NCBI GenBank assembly: GCA_025839675.1
Contig: CP104013.1
Span: forward strand, 2,700,001 to 2,732,000
Source of the DNA: Candidatus Lokiarchaeum ossiferum
GTDB taxonomy: Archaea > Asgardarchaeota > Lokiarchaeia > Sigyniarchaeales > Promethearchaeaceae
DNA: 32,000 nucleotides
Direction: 5' to 3'
Shown here: positions 23,981 through 32,000 of the stretch, piece by piece
How positions within the stretch are numbered: position 1 is the first letter of the stretch
How the letters are laid out: every line of letters begins with the position of its first letter
The notes under the pieces: generated by a model
The model's input: the letters and a program-made list of their open reading frames with translations, nothing else
What the model was told of the DNA's origin: nothing
The model's database searches: none
Position numbers and translations under genes: made by a program

Positions 23981-25096
23981 ATGACAGACTCAGAATTGAA
24001 AAAAACGAGGGAGCAACTTGCCCGTGCTTTGCGCGAGCGGGACAGATATCGTAATGAATTGGATAGACTCCAACGTAGAATACAAAAAATGGCGATTCCT
24101 CCTTTGCTTTTAGCAACTGTCTCCCGAATAGTTGATGATAGCTTCGTTGTTATTCATACTCCTTCTGGAAATGACTTTTTGGTCGCTTCTCCCTTTGAAA
24201 CCTTAAAATCTGGAGATGTAGTGGGAGTCGACCAACAAACTTTAAAAATCGTTAAAATCTTACCTCCAAATGTAGATGCTTTCGTTGCTGGGATGGAATT
24301 GGATTCTAAACCAGAAGAAACCTATGAAGACATTGGTGGATTAGACGACATTATTCTTACAATCCGTGAAGTAGTCGAACTTCCTTTAACAAATCCAGAA
24401 ATTTTTGATATAATAGGAATCGATCCTCCAAATGGAGTATTATTAGAAGGACCACCAGGAACGGGAAAAACATTGATCGCACGCGCAGTAGCTAATGCCA
24501 CGAACGCAACCTTTATCCGATTAGTGGGATCAGAATTAATCCAGAAATACATTGGAGAAGGTGCCCGATTAGTCAGGGAATTATTTTCCTTAGCTCGCGA
24601 AAAAGCCCCAGCCGTTCTGTTTATTGATGAAATCGATGCAGTTGCATCCAAACGAACTCAGGATTCACAAGTCTCAGATCGTGAAGTTCAACGAACTTTA
24701 ATGCAATTATTAGCTGAAATGGATGGATTCGAAGTTAATCAACAGGTTAAAATTATCGCTGCCACTAATCGCCCAGATATTTTAGACCCTGCCATTATGC
24801 GTCCAGGTCGCTTTGATCGTATTATAAAAGTTGGATTACCAGACGTTAAAGGACGAAGTGATATCTTCAAAATTCATACCAGAAACATGCCTCTTCAAGA
24901 TGTTAATTTAGATAAAATTGCGATGAATTTAGATGAACTTTCTGGAGCTGATATTAAAAGTATTTGTACTGAAGCAGGAATGAATGCAATCCGAGCAAAT
25001 CGTAAAGTCGTACTTCGAGAAGATTTCCACAATGCTTACAACAAATATATTAAGAAAGTCCGTGAAGGACGCCCAGCAGCACCAGTCTATTCCTAA
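23981..25096 (+). CDS. pan: proteasome-activating nucleotidase (PAN, Rpt-like AAA+ ATPase)
   Basis: N-terminal coiled coil ([28 protein letters not shown]) and an OB region. Walker A GPPGTGKT and Walker B LFIDEIDA. Second region of homology [20 protein letters not shown]. The C-terminal ..PVYS fits the HbYX docking motif. Confidence 0.9.
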   Translation: MTDSELKKTREQLARALRERDRYRNELDRLQRRIQKMAIPPLLLATVSRIVDDSFVVIHTPSGNDFLVASPFETLKSGDVVGVDQQTLKIVKILPPNVDAFVAGMELDSKPEETYEDIGGLDDIILTIREVVELPLTNPEIFDIIGIDPPNGVLLEGPPGTGKTLIARAVANATNATFIRLVGSELIQKYIGEGARLVRELFSLAREKAPAVLFIDEIDAVASKRTQDSQVSDREVQRTLMQLLAEMDGFEVNQQVKIIAATNRPDILDPAIMRPGRFDRIIKVGLPDVKGRSDIFKIHTRNMPLQDVNLDKIAMNLDELSGADIKSICTEAGMNAIRANRKVVLREDFHNAYNKYIKKVREGRPAAPVYS

Positions 25097-25166
25097 TTTT
25101 TTTATCCTTTTATTACCACACTTCTACTGCAAAAAGTTATTAATTTTGAGAGAAGAATATAGATCG

Positions 25167-26165
25167 ATGGTAACAATTCTAACCCACTTAGATGCCGATG
25201 GAATTTGTAGTGGATCCTTAATCAAAATGACGAAGAAATATAAAAATGCACGGGTTTTTTTTACTCATCCAGCGGGTTTAGCAAAAGATCTCAAGGGAAT
25301 AAATGATGATCTGCTAATTTGTGACATCGCAATTGATATTAAATCCTATCATAAAACATATGCCCTACTAGAAAAAATATCCCAAGAGCATGAAATCTAC
25401 TACTTTGATCATCACCATCTTCCGGAAGCACTTCCAGAAAAAGTCATCAATATCCATAATGAAAGTATTTCCGCCACCGAAATAGTTTATCGGTATTTTT
25501 ATCATGCTCTTCCCAGTTATGCAGATCATATTGCTCTTTTAGGGGCAATTTGTGATTATTTGGACAATTCTCCTTTAATGAAGGAATTATTGCACCATTA
25601 TGAACGTCGCACTTTATTTCTCGATGCAGGATTATTAGCGGAAGGGTTGAAAAAATTTTCTCATGGTCCGAACTATGATGATCTCCGAAAAATCGTTCAG
25701 CGATTAAGTCAAGGAGAATATCCTTGTGAAATTCGGGAATTGACTCGAGCCGCTTTAAGCAGTACACGAAGGGATAAATTGCAACGTAAGAATATTCTCG
25801 AAAACTATGAAAAACGATTAAATTTTGCCTATATCATGGATCCAGATGCAGGGTCAAGATCGAAAGTCGCCCATTGGATCATGGGGCATTCCGGAACATT
25901 ACTTGGTATTGTAATAATTCAATTACGATCAAAACCCGATATGGTCGATTTGACGATTCGAGGGCGACAGTTGATCGATTTAAGAACGATTATTCCAGAA
26001 ATAGCCCAATCTATTGGAGGAAATGCAGGTGGTCATTCGAATGCAATTGGATGCCGAATCCCGAAAAACAAGTTGAATAGATTTCTCACGATTCTTGATG
26101 AAAAATTATCGCAACTTCACATCCCAAAACCCTTTAGAATTGCAGAATTAATTCAATTTGATTAA
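25167..26165 (+). CDS. DHH/DHHA1 family phosphoesterase (NrnA/RecJ-like)
   Basis: HLDADGICSG (motif I), CDIAID, YFDHHH (the DHH motif), and the DHHA1 motif GGNAGGHSNAIG. The track ORF (24984) extends upstream into the PAN gene. The ATG at 25167 (MVTILTHLDADG) is the plausible start. Confidence 0.8.
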   Translation: MVTILTHLDADGICSGSLIKMTKKYKNARVFFTHPAGLAKDLKGINDDLLICDIAIDIKSYHKTYALLEKISQEHEIYYFDHHHLPEALPEKVINIHNESISATEIVYRYFYHALPSYADHIALLGAICDYLDNSPLMKELLHHYERRTLFLDAGLLAEGLKKFSHGPNYDDLRKIVQRLSQGEYPCEIRELTRAALSSTRRDKLQRKNILENYEKRLNFAYIMDPDAGSRSKVAHWIMGHSGTLLGIVIIQLRSKPDMVDLTIRGRQLIDLRTIIPEIAQSIGGNAGGHSNAIGCRIPKNKLNRFLTILDEKLSQLHIPKPFRIAELIQFD

Positions 26166-26190
26166 AAAAATGAAATTTTTTTTTAGAAAT

Positions 26191-27135
26191 TTAAGAATTT
26201 TTGATGATTTCTAAAGCTGCTATCGTTCCATCAGCAACGGCGGTTGTAATTTGACGGTAGGATTTGTCTCGGATATCTCCCGCAGCATAGACTCCTGAAA
26301 GATTTGTTTTCATATGTAAATCGGTCTTGATATAGTGATATGAATTCAAAGCCAAATTCACAGGGCGATTTAAAAGAAAATCACTATTAGGAAGCATACC
26401 TACAAAAATAAATACCCCATCACGACTTATAGTCGTTTTTTCTCCAGTCTTTAAGTCTTCTATCTCAACAGAAATTTTATCACCCTCAAGATTAAAGGAA
26501 CGGGGTTCATGAGACCATAGAACTTGAACTTTCGGATTAGAGAGAACTTTATCTGCGGTGATTCTTTCTGCTTGCAGATGATCAAATTGATGAATAACCG
26601 TGAGAGAACGAACATGTTTCAAAAGTAAAAGGGATTCTTCCATGGCACTATTACCTCCACCGATGACAAAGATATCTTTATCCTTATAAAATTCGCCATC
26701 ACAAGTAGCGCAATAAGAAAGTCCATTTCCTCGTAATTCCTTTTCACCCGGCAAACCTAAAAATCTGGGAGAAGACCCAGTAGCAACGAGGATAAATTTA
26801 GAATAAAATTTTTCATCCTCATCAATTTCAATCCATTTGATTTCATCTTTAAAGCAATAATCTGTGATATCTGAAGCCAATTCGAATTTAGTTCCAAAAA
26901 TCTCTGCTTGTTCCTTCATATTAGAAGATAATTGTAATCCAGATATGGGTTCAATAAATCCGGGGTAGTTAGCAACAATCGATGTTGTTTTTACTTGGCC
27001 ACCGGCGGGAGCTGATTCATCAACGATAAGTGTAGATAACCCTGCCCGAGAAAGATAAATTGCTGCAGATAATCCTGCTGGTCCAGCGCCTATCACAATT
27101 ACGTCAAAGGAATTCGATTGATGATCTTGTATCAT
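26191..27135 (-). CDS. trxB: thioredoxin-disulfide reductase
   Basis: FAD motif DVIVIGAGPAGLSAAIY, redox-active CATCDG, NAD(P)H motif VIGGGNSAMEE, C-terminal AAGD. I prefer the ATG at 27135 (MIQDHQ...) to the track start at 27180. Confidence 0.9.
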   Translation of the reverse strand: MIQDHQSNSFDVIVIGAGPAGLSAAIYLSRAGLSTLIVDESAPAGGQVKTTSIVANYPGFIEPISGLQLSSNMKEQAEIFGTKFELASDITDYCFKDEIKWIEIDEDEKFYSKFILVATGSSPRFLGLPGEKELRGNGLSYCATCDGEFYKDKDIFVIGGGNSAMEESLLLLKHVRSLTVIHQFDHLQAERITADKVLSNPKVQVLWSHEPRSFNLEGDKISVEIEDLKTGEKTTISRDGVFIFVGMLPNSDFLLNRPVNLALNSYHYIKTDLHMKTNLSGVYAAGDIRDKSYRQITTAVADGTIAALEIIKNS

Positions 27136-27172
27136 TGTTGAAATCTCCAGTGAAATGTTCAAAAAAAAAAAC

Positions 27173-27559
27173 TTAAGCATACACTTCTTTCAAAATCGAT
27201 TTAACATCTTTGGCAGACTGAATACTGGAAGTTGCTTTAACGACTTTTCCATCTTGATAGTAAATTGTGAAAGGTAGACCCCGAAAATTTTGAGCTTCCG
27301 GTAAATTTCGAATAACTGCAGCATCGGGATTATCGAACTCAAAATCGCTAAACGCAATATTTTCAAATTTAGGTTCCAAGGCTTTCATAACACCATAAAC
27401 TGGAAGACACATAGGACCGTTTCGGCCACATACGACCACAGCATTTTTGTTTTCTGAAATGAACTTTGAATGTTCATCTTTAGACATAATATGTTTTAAT
27501 TGAGATTGTAACATTTTCCACACTTTGTATGTGCAATAATTATGCACACCCTTAACCAT
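27173..27559 (-). CDS. thioredoxin-fold protein with an atypical CX6C site
   Basis: Aligns with thioredoxin (AVVVCGRNGPMCLPV versus ILVDFWAEWCGPCKMIAP). The cis-Pro region is conserved (FRGLPFTIYY versus IRGIPTLLLF). Start ambiguous (M1, M16 or M25). Confidence 0.6.
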   Translation of the reverse strand: MVKGVHNYCTYKVWKMLQSQLKHIMSKDEHSKFISENKNAVVVCGRNGPMCLPVYGVMKALEPKFENIAFSDFEFDNPDAAVIRNLPEAQNFRGLPFTIYYQDGKVVKATSSIQSAKDVKSILKEVYA

Positions 27560-27828
27560 TAAAAATATTTATAGTATTTAAATATGTGCTTTTTTTTTTC
27601 ACAACCTTCAATCATCAAAAGAATTTTTTTAATCCACAATATTCTTTTCTGGAAAATATCCACTTATTGACACTTTTAAGTTGGAATAATAAGGTTTTAA
27701 TTCAAACTCCTTAAAACTGCAGAGAATTTTAAAAAAGGGGATATTTTACAAAATTTGGGAAGGTCACTGATTTTAGGAAAATATGGACTAGCATGTATAA
27801 AAAGAAAAAGAGCATATAGATGATAATA

Positions 27829-29949
27829 ATGTACGGTGTAACAGGTAAAATATTGAACATCAATTTAACCGATCAGTCTGTTAAGGTCGAATCCCTCTCT
27901 GAAGAATTATATCGGAAATACTTGGGAGGATATGGGCTGGGTGCCTATTATATATACAATCATATTAAGCCAGGATGCGATCCCTTAGGACCTGATAATA
28001 TTCTCGGGTTTATTCCAGGATTATTAACAGGTTCTGTAGCTCCTATGACTGGGCGGTTTATTGTCTGTGGAAAAAGTCCGCTTACAGGAAAAGGAAAGCG
28101 AACAAATGGAGAAGAATGTACTGGCGGATGGGGAAATGCAAATTCAGGTGGTACCTTCGGACCAGCGATTCGAAAAGCAGGATTTGATGGTATTTTCATT
28201 ACAGGGGTGGCTGCGAATCCAACTTATTTGCTAATTGAAAAAGATTCAATAACTTTAGAATCCGCAGCCAGTTTATGGGGAAAAGATTGTGTTGAAACGG
28301 AAGAAATTTTGAAAGAACGGCATGGGAAATCGGTAAAAGTTTCTTCGATAGGACGAGCAGGTGAAAATAAATCCTTAATTGCAGGGATAGTGAATGATAA
28401 GGGACGAATTGCTGCCCGCAGTGGGTTAGGTGCAGTCATGGGGTCAAAGAATTTAAAAGCTCTTTGTCTAAAGGGAAATACTAAGGTTGACTTTGCAGCA
28501 AAACCTCACATGCTTGAACTTAGTAAGGCATACAACAAAAAAATTAAGTCTCAACTCAAATCCAAAATGATCCGAGGTATGATTCCCATGTTTGATGTTA
28601 TGACTCCCTTAATCCGAGTATTAAAAATGCCAATTGGCGGAGACGGGCCACTAATGTCCCGAATTGTTTCCAATGGGTTTGGAGGAGCGGCGATGGGTAC
28701 CACCATGGTGAATGTCCTATCATCCCAAAATGGTGATTCTCCAGTCAAGAACTATAAAGGAGTCGGATACAAAGATTTTCCATGGAAATCAGCAATGAAT
28801 TTTCGAGGAAAAACATTGAAATCCAAAATGAAACGCCAATATGGGTGTTTTTCATGTCCCGTTCGATGCGGAGCGATTCTCGAACATGATGAATTACCTT
28901 ATGATGATAAAGAAACTCATCGTCCCGAATATGAAACGTGCGCTGCCTTTGGATCGCTTATTTTAAATTATGATTTGGATGTGTTAATGCAAGCGAACGA
29001 GTATTTGAATCGAACTGGGATGGATACAATTTCTGCAGGCAATATCGTCGCATATGTGCATGAATGTGTCGAAAACCAAATATTTACCAAAGACGATTTC
29101 AAGTGCAATGCCTATCCCGATGGATTTCTTCCTAGCTGGGGAGAATCTCAATTTATTTTACCCCTTCTGAAAATGATAGTTAATCGGGAAGGCTTAGGAG
29201 ATAAACTTGCTGATGGATTGTATATGATCAAACAACATTTTCCACAAACTGCTGCCTATGCGATTACCTCCAATGGCCAAGAACTTCCAATGCACGATCT
29301 CCGTTTGGATCCAGGACTGGGATTAACTTATTTGACCGATCCAACACCTGGACGACATACGGCGGGGACCATTGATTTTGAAGGAGGAATGGGACTAAAC
29401 TATTTCTTGAAGGAAGTCGAGTTTAAAAACTCCAAGGATCCCTATCAAAAAGGATTTCACTCGGCAGATGTAGTTAAAGTCCATCAATTGATCGAGACCC
29501 TCGGATTTTGCATTTTCGGGAATAACTTCGGCAGATATCCATTTGTGGAAATGATTGAAGCGGCTTTTGGTTGGAAATTCACAGCGGAAGAAATTTTGAC
29601 AACGGGACAACGAATCCAAACATTGCGCCAAATGTTTAATGCGCGAGAAGGAGCAATTCGCCATGAACTCAATCAACGTACGCTTGGCAACCCACCCTTA
29701 GAAAAGGGGCCTTTGAAGAAAATTTCTGTCGATTTAGAAATAATGGCCCAGGGTTATTATGAAGGGATGGGATTTGAAACAAATGGCGTCCCAAAGAAGT
29801 CAACCCTTGAAAAATTAGGATTGGAAGCACTCGTATCCGATTTAGAACACTGTACAGGCGCCCCAGAAGCACTAGTGAATCAATATCTCTCTTCGGGAGA
29901 TAAATCGGTGAAGTCTAGCCCAGATGTAACACCTCTTCGCGGAGGCTAA
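27829..29949 (+). CDS. aor: aldehyde:ferredoxin oxidoreductase family (tungstopterin/[4Fe-4S]) enzyme, long form
   Basis: N-terminus MYGVTGKILNINLTD is typical of AOR. GSKNLKAL. Cluster motif CFSCPVRCG (CxxCxxxC). About 700 aa, longer than the classical enzymes of about 600 aa. Start taken at the MYG ATG (27829) inside the track ORF (27820). Confidence 0.85.
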   Translation: MYGVTGKILNINLTDQSVKVESLSEELYRKYLGGYGLGAYYIYNHIKPGCDPLGPDNILGFIPGLLTGSVAPMTGRFIVCGKSPLTGKGKRTNGEECTGGWGNANSGGTFGPAIRKAGFDGIFITGVAANPTYLLIEKDSITLESAASLWGKDCVETEEILKERHGKSVKVSSIGRAGENKSLIAGIVNDKGRIAARSGLGAVMGSKNLKALCLKGNTKVDFAAKPHMLELSKAYNKKIKSQLKSKMIRGMIPMFDVMTPLIRVLKMPIGGDGPLMSRIVSNGFGGAAMGTTMVNVLSSQNGDSPVKNYKGVGYKDFPWKSAMNFRGKTLKSKMKRQYGCFSCPVRCGAILEHDELPYDDKETHRPEYETCAAFGSLILNYDLDVLMQANEYLNRTGMDTISAGNIVAYVHECVENQIFTKDDFKCNAYPDGFLPSWGESQFILPLLKMIVNREGLGDKLADGLYMIKQHFPQTAAYAITSNGQELPMHDLRLDPGLGLTYLTDPTPGRHTAGTIDFEGGMGLNYFLKEVEFKNSKDPYQKGFHSADVVKVHQLIETLGFCIFGNNFGRYPFVEMIEAAFGWKFTAEEILTTGQRIQTLRQMFNAREGAIRHELNQRTLGNPPLEKGPLKKISVDLEIMAQGYYEGMGFETNGVPKKSTLEKLGLEALVSDLEHCTGAPEALVNQYLSSGDKSVKSSPDVTPLRGG

Positions 29950-30088
29950 TCTTCACAATTAACTATTTTAATCCTTTTTTGCTATTTTATTCCACTATCA
30001 ATTAAATCTATGACCACTTTTTCAATACATATAATTCAAAAGTGCAGTAGATCAAAAAATTTTAATCAGTATTGAAATACTTCCAGTT

Positions 30089-30724
30089 ATGTCTTCCACG
30101 AACTATAAAGAAATATGTATTTGGAAAGACGAAAGTAATTGCGAAGGCTGTGAAGTTTGCCAACACATATTTTGCCGGTATACTTCCAAATATCGTCTGA
30201 TGTACGCAGCATCGTTCATTCCCATGTTGTTTGCGGGATTAACAATTGGCTTTTCAGCTTTATCACTAACCCTAAAATTAGTGAGTTTAATTGGCTGGAT
30301 AGTATACATGTTTTTCTTTCTCAATGTCTGGGAAAGCCATATGTTGTGTAACCATTGCGTCTACTACGCCAATCCCAATGAGAAAACCTTAAACTGCCCG
30401 ATTGATAAAGGAAAAATGAAAACTGGAACTTACAATCCAGGACCTCTAACAATCAGTGAAAAAATCCAATTTTTCACGGGTTTTGCGCTCTTTGCAGGGT
30501 TTCCAATCCCCTTCATGATTATTGGAAAACTTTATGTCGTTCTTGCTATATATGTGGCATTATTTGCACTCTGGATCTTATTAATTCAAACGAAAGTGTG
30601 TAATGCGTGTGTCAATTTTGCCTGTCCCATCAATAGAGTAGATCCGAAAATTCGAGCCGAATTTATGAAGCGGAATCCGTTGATTCGTAAGGCATGGGAA
30701 GAAAAAGGATATCATTTTGATTAG
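30089..30724 (+). CDS. Cys-rich polytopic membrane protein (possible Fe-S/metal-binding), function unknown
   Basis: N-terminal CEGCEVCQHIFC, central CNHC...C, C-terminal CNACVNFACP (ferredoxin-like C..C....CP). These flank about four TM helices. Same strand as AOR, 140 nt downstream. Confidence 0.5.
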   Translation: MSSTNYKEICIWKDESNCEGCEVCQHIFCRYTSKYRLMYAASFIPMLFAGLTIGFSALSLTLKLVSLIGWIVYMFFFLNVWESHMLCNHCVYYANPNEKTLNCPIDKGKMKTGTYNPGPLTISEKIQFFTGFALFAGFPIPFMIIGKLYVVLAIYVALFALWILLIQTKVCNACVNFACPINRVDPKIRAEFMKRNPLIRKAWEEKGYHFD

Positions 30725-30944
30725 CATATTTAAAATTCAAAAACATCCAATGAAGGCTTCATAATGCCTATTTCACTCTAAAAAATCTGTGAATCATCTT
30801 TTCCAAATTATCATTTTTTCAATTATTGTTTTTATTCTTCTTTATCAAGTATTTTTTAATCCAAACATTAAAAGAATAAATTTTTAAAATTATTTCAAAA
30901 TATTAAAGAAAAAGGGGAAAATAGCATGTTGAGTTCAAAATTAC

Positions 30945-31343
30945 CTATTTTCTTAAATCTCGTGTCTTATAAAATCCATATAGATAAGCACTGAAGATAA
31001 AGATTAAAATAATCCATAAAGGAATTAATGCGTTGAAAGTATAAATCATAACATTTAGGATGAGCCCCAAAATGACGGGAACAGCCGTAATTATTAGAAG
31101 AGCAGATCTTTCAATTGGTTTTCGAGTCCCCCAATAGAGTAAGAGTGTCCATCCCCACATGAGGGTAGCAGCAAACCCCATTGAGTACTTGTAGGCCAAC
31201 GAATTTTCAACAGCAATGAACACACCAGTTCCAGTAAGAGCTTCGTATGACAAAAATATTGCAGCAAAAAAATCTGCAATGCAACCTTTCCAAAATAGAA
31301 ATTTGGTCAACTTAATTTTTTTTTTTTTGGTTTCAAACATCAA
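30945..31343 (-). CDS. small integral membrane protein, function unknown
   Basis: 132 aa, four hydrophobic helices. The N-terminal MMFETKKKKIKL is encoded through an A13 (minus-strand) homopolymer. Confidence 0.5.
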   Translation of the reverse strand: MMFETKKKKIKLTKFLFWKGCIADFFAAIFLSYEALTGTGVFIAVENSLAYKYSMGFAATLMWGWTLLLYWGTRKPIERSALLIITAVPVILGLILNVMIYTFNALIPLWIILIFIFSAYLYGFYKTRDLRK

Positions 31344-31360
31344 AAAGCACCTAATTATAA

Positions 31361-31393
31361 ATTGCGTATTTCGTAAATTACGATTTTCGCAAT
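31361..31393. promoter_or_regulatory. 33-bp imperfect palindrome, candidate MarR operator
   Basis: ATTGCGtAtTTCGTAA-A-TTACGAttTtCGCAAT. The inner TCGTAA-A-TTACGA is perfect and the outer ATTGCG/CGCAAT is perfect. An extra half-site TTACGAA lies at 31424-31430. It sits in the divergent spacer between the membrane-protein gene and the MarR gene. Confidence 0.35.
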
Positions 31394-31527
31394 AATAAAT
31401 TATGGTTTCTGATATATTTCAACATTACGAATTTGGAAATATATGAAAACAGAAACATTAAAATCGACTAATTCCTTCAAAAGCTAATTCCTTCCTTATC
31501 AATTTTAAGAAAGAATATAATTTTAGA

Positions 31528-31965
31528 ATGGGGATATCAATGTTCGAAAATATGAATAAGGCTTTTCTACTCGCGGGTATCACAGTCAATAAATTTCTTG
31601 CTAAAGAAGAAAACAACAAAGAATTTATCAAAATAAAAAAGCATCTATTTATTATTGGCTTAATTGGATCGAAATCCGATTGTACAATTAAGGACATTGT
31701 ATCATTTCTTCAGATTCCTCCCAGTACCGCTACAAGTCGCCTTAATGGTTTAGTGAAAGATGGGCTAATCAATCGGGAAACGTCGTCTACCAACCGTCGG
31801 TACATGGCACTTTCTCTAACTGAGAAGGGAGAAAAAATCCACCAACACCTCAATCAACATTTAAAAGCCCATATTCAGCAATTGATCCAACCCCTTTCCA
31901 TGAAAGAACAACAAACATTTCTTGCTTTATTTGATAAGATTTTAAACTCCATCGGTGAAGAATGA
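31528..31965 (+). CDS. MarR family winged-helix transcriptional regulator
   Basis: IKDIVSFLQIPPSTATSRLNGLVKDGLINRETSSTNRRYMALSLTEKGEKI, the MarR recognition helix plus wing. Start uncertain (31528 or 31540). Confidence 0.8.
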   Translation: MGISMFENMNKAFLLAGITVNKFLAKEENNKEFIKIKKHLFIIGLIGSKSDCTIKDIVSFLQIPPSTATSRLNGLVKDGLINRETSSTNRRYMALSLTEKGEKIHQHLNQHLKAHIQQLIQPLSMKEQQTFLALFDKILNSIGEE

Positions 31966-32000
31966 AAGAAATTTCCTTAGAGGACATCATAAATTATTGA

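Noticed and set aside
24984-25166. N-terminal 61 codons of the track ORF 24984-26165, overlapping the 3' end of the PAN gene.
   Set aside because: This part is out of frame inside PAN and has no similarity to DHH proteins. The DHH motif I follows immediately after the internal ATG at 25167, which also lies beyond the PAN stop.
1-32000. CRISPR arrays, rRNA/tRNA genes, and prophage or transposon genes.
   Set aside because: I saw no regularly spaced direct repeats of 24-40 nt, no GC-rich structured-RNA islands other than the three hairpin elements and the TrmO remnant, and no integrase, transposase or capsid-like ORFs in any frame.

Overview
This is a strongly AT-rich archaeal chromosomal window. 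The archaeal markers are two TFB/TFIIB paralogues, Pelota, Cgi121, proteasome-activating nucleotidase, a four-subunit 2-oxoacid:ferredoxin oxidoreductase and an aldehyde:ferredoxin oxidoreductase, which together suggest an anaerobe. The lineage cannot be fixed without a database search. The long AT-rich spacers and low coding density are reminiscent of Asgard/Lokiarchaeia-type genomes, but that is only a guess. I call about 31 protein genes, mostly housekeeping. I found no rRNA, tRNA, CRISPR array, transposase or integrase. The unusual part is 14.5-20.3 kb. It starts with a 1.1-kb ORF-free AT-rich desert. Two tandem units of about 2.3 kb follow, each encoding an orphan family-5 ABC-type solute-binding protein (SBP) with a signal peptide and a PGF-CTERM-like anchor, with no permease or ATPase genes nearby. 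The noncoding DNA behind these genes holds three copies of a 59-78 nt element. Each copy has invariant boxes (TTAATCACAC ... TCACCAC ... GRTC-ACCAC) framing a two-tier hairpin. The stem sequence differs completely between copies but stays complementary, and the wobble pairs work only as G-U on the + strand. The element's 5' box is homologous to the SBP ribosome-binding/start region. Its repeated ATCAC(C)AC core matches the anti-Shine-Dalgarno core of SSU rRNA and is complementary to the putative SBP Shine-Dalgarno sequence GTGAT. Other points are listed as findings: convergent TFB paralogues sharing a CC zinc knuckle; a five-gene minus-strand cluster (GNAT, membrane protein, Pol-beta NTase, non-canonical radical-SAM-like enzyme, NUDIX); a TrmO-family gene remnant; a thioredoxin-fold protein with CX6C beside TrxR; an APH-fold protein lacking the catalytic Asp; and a palindromic candidate operator in front of a MarR gene. 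All family assignments come from motif recognition by eye. Nothing was searched or computed.
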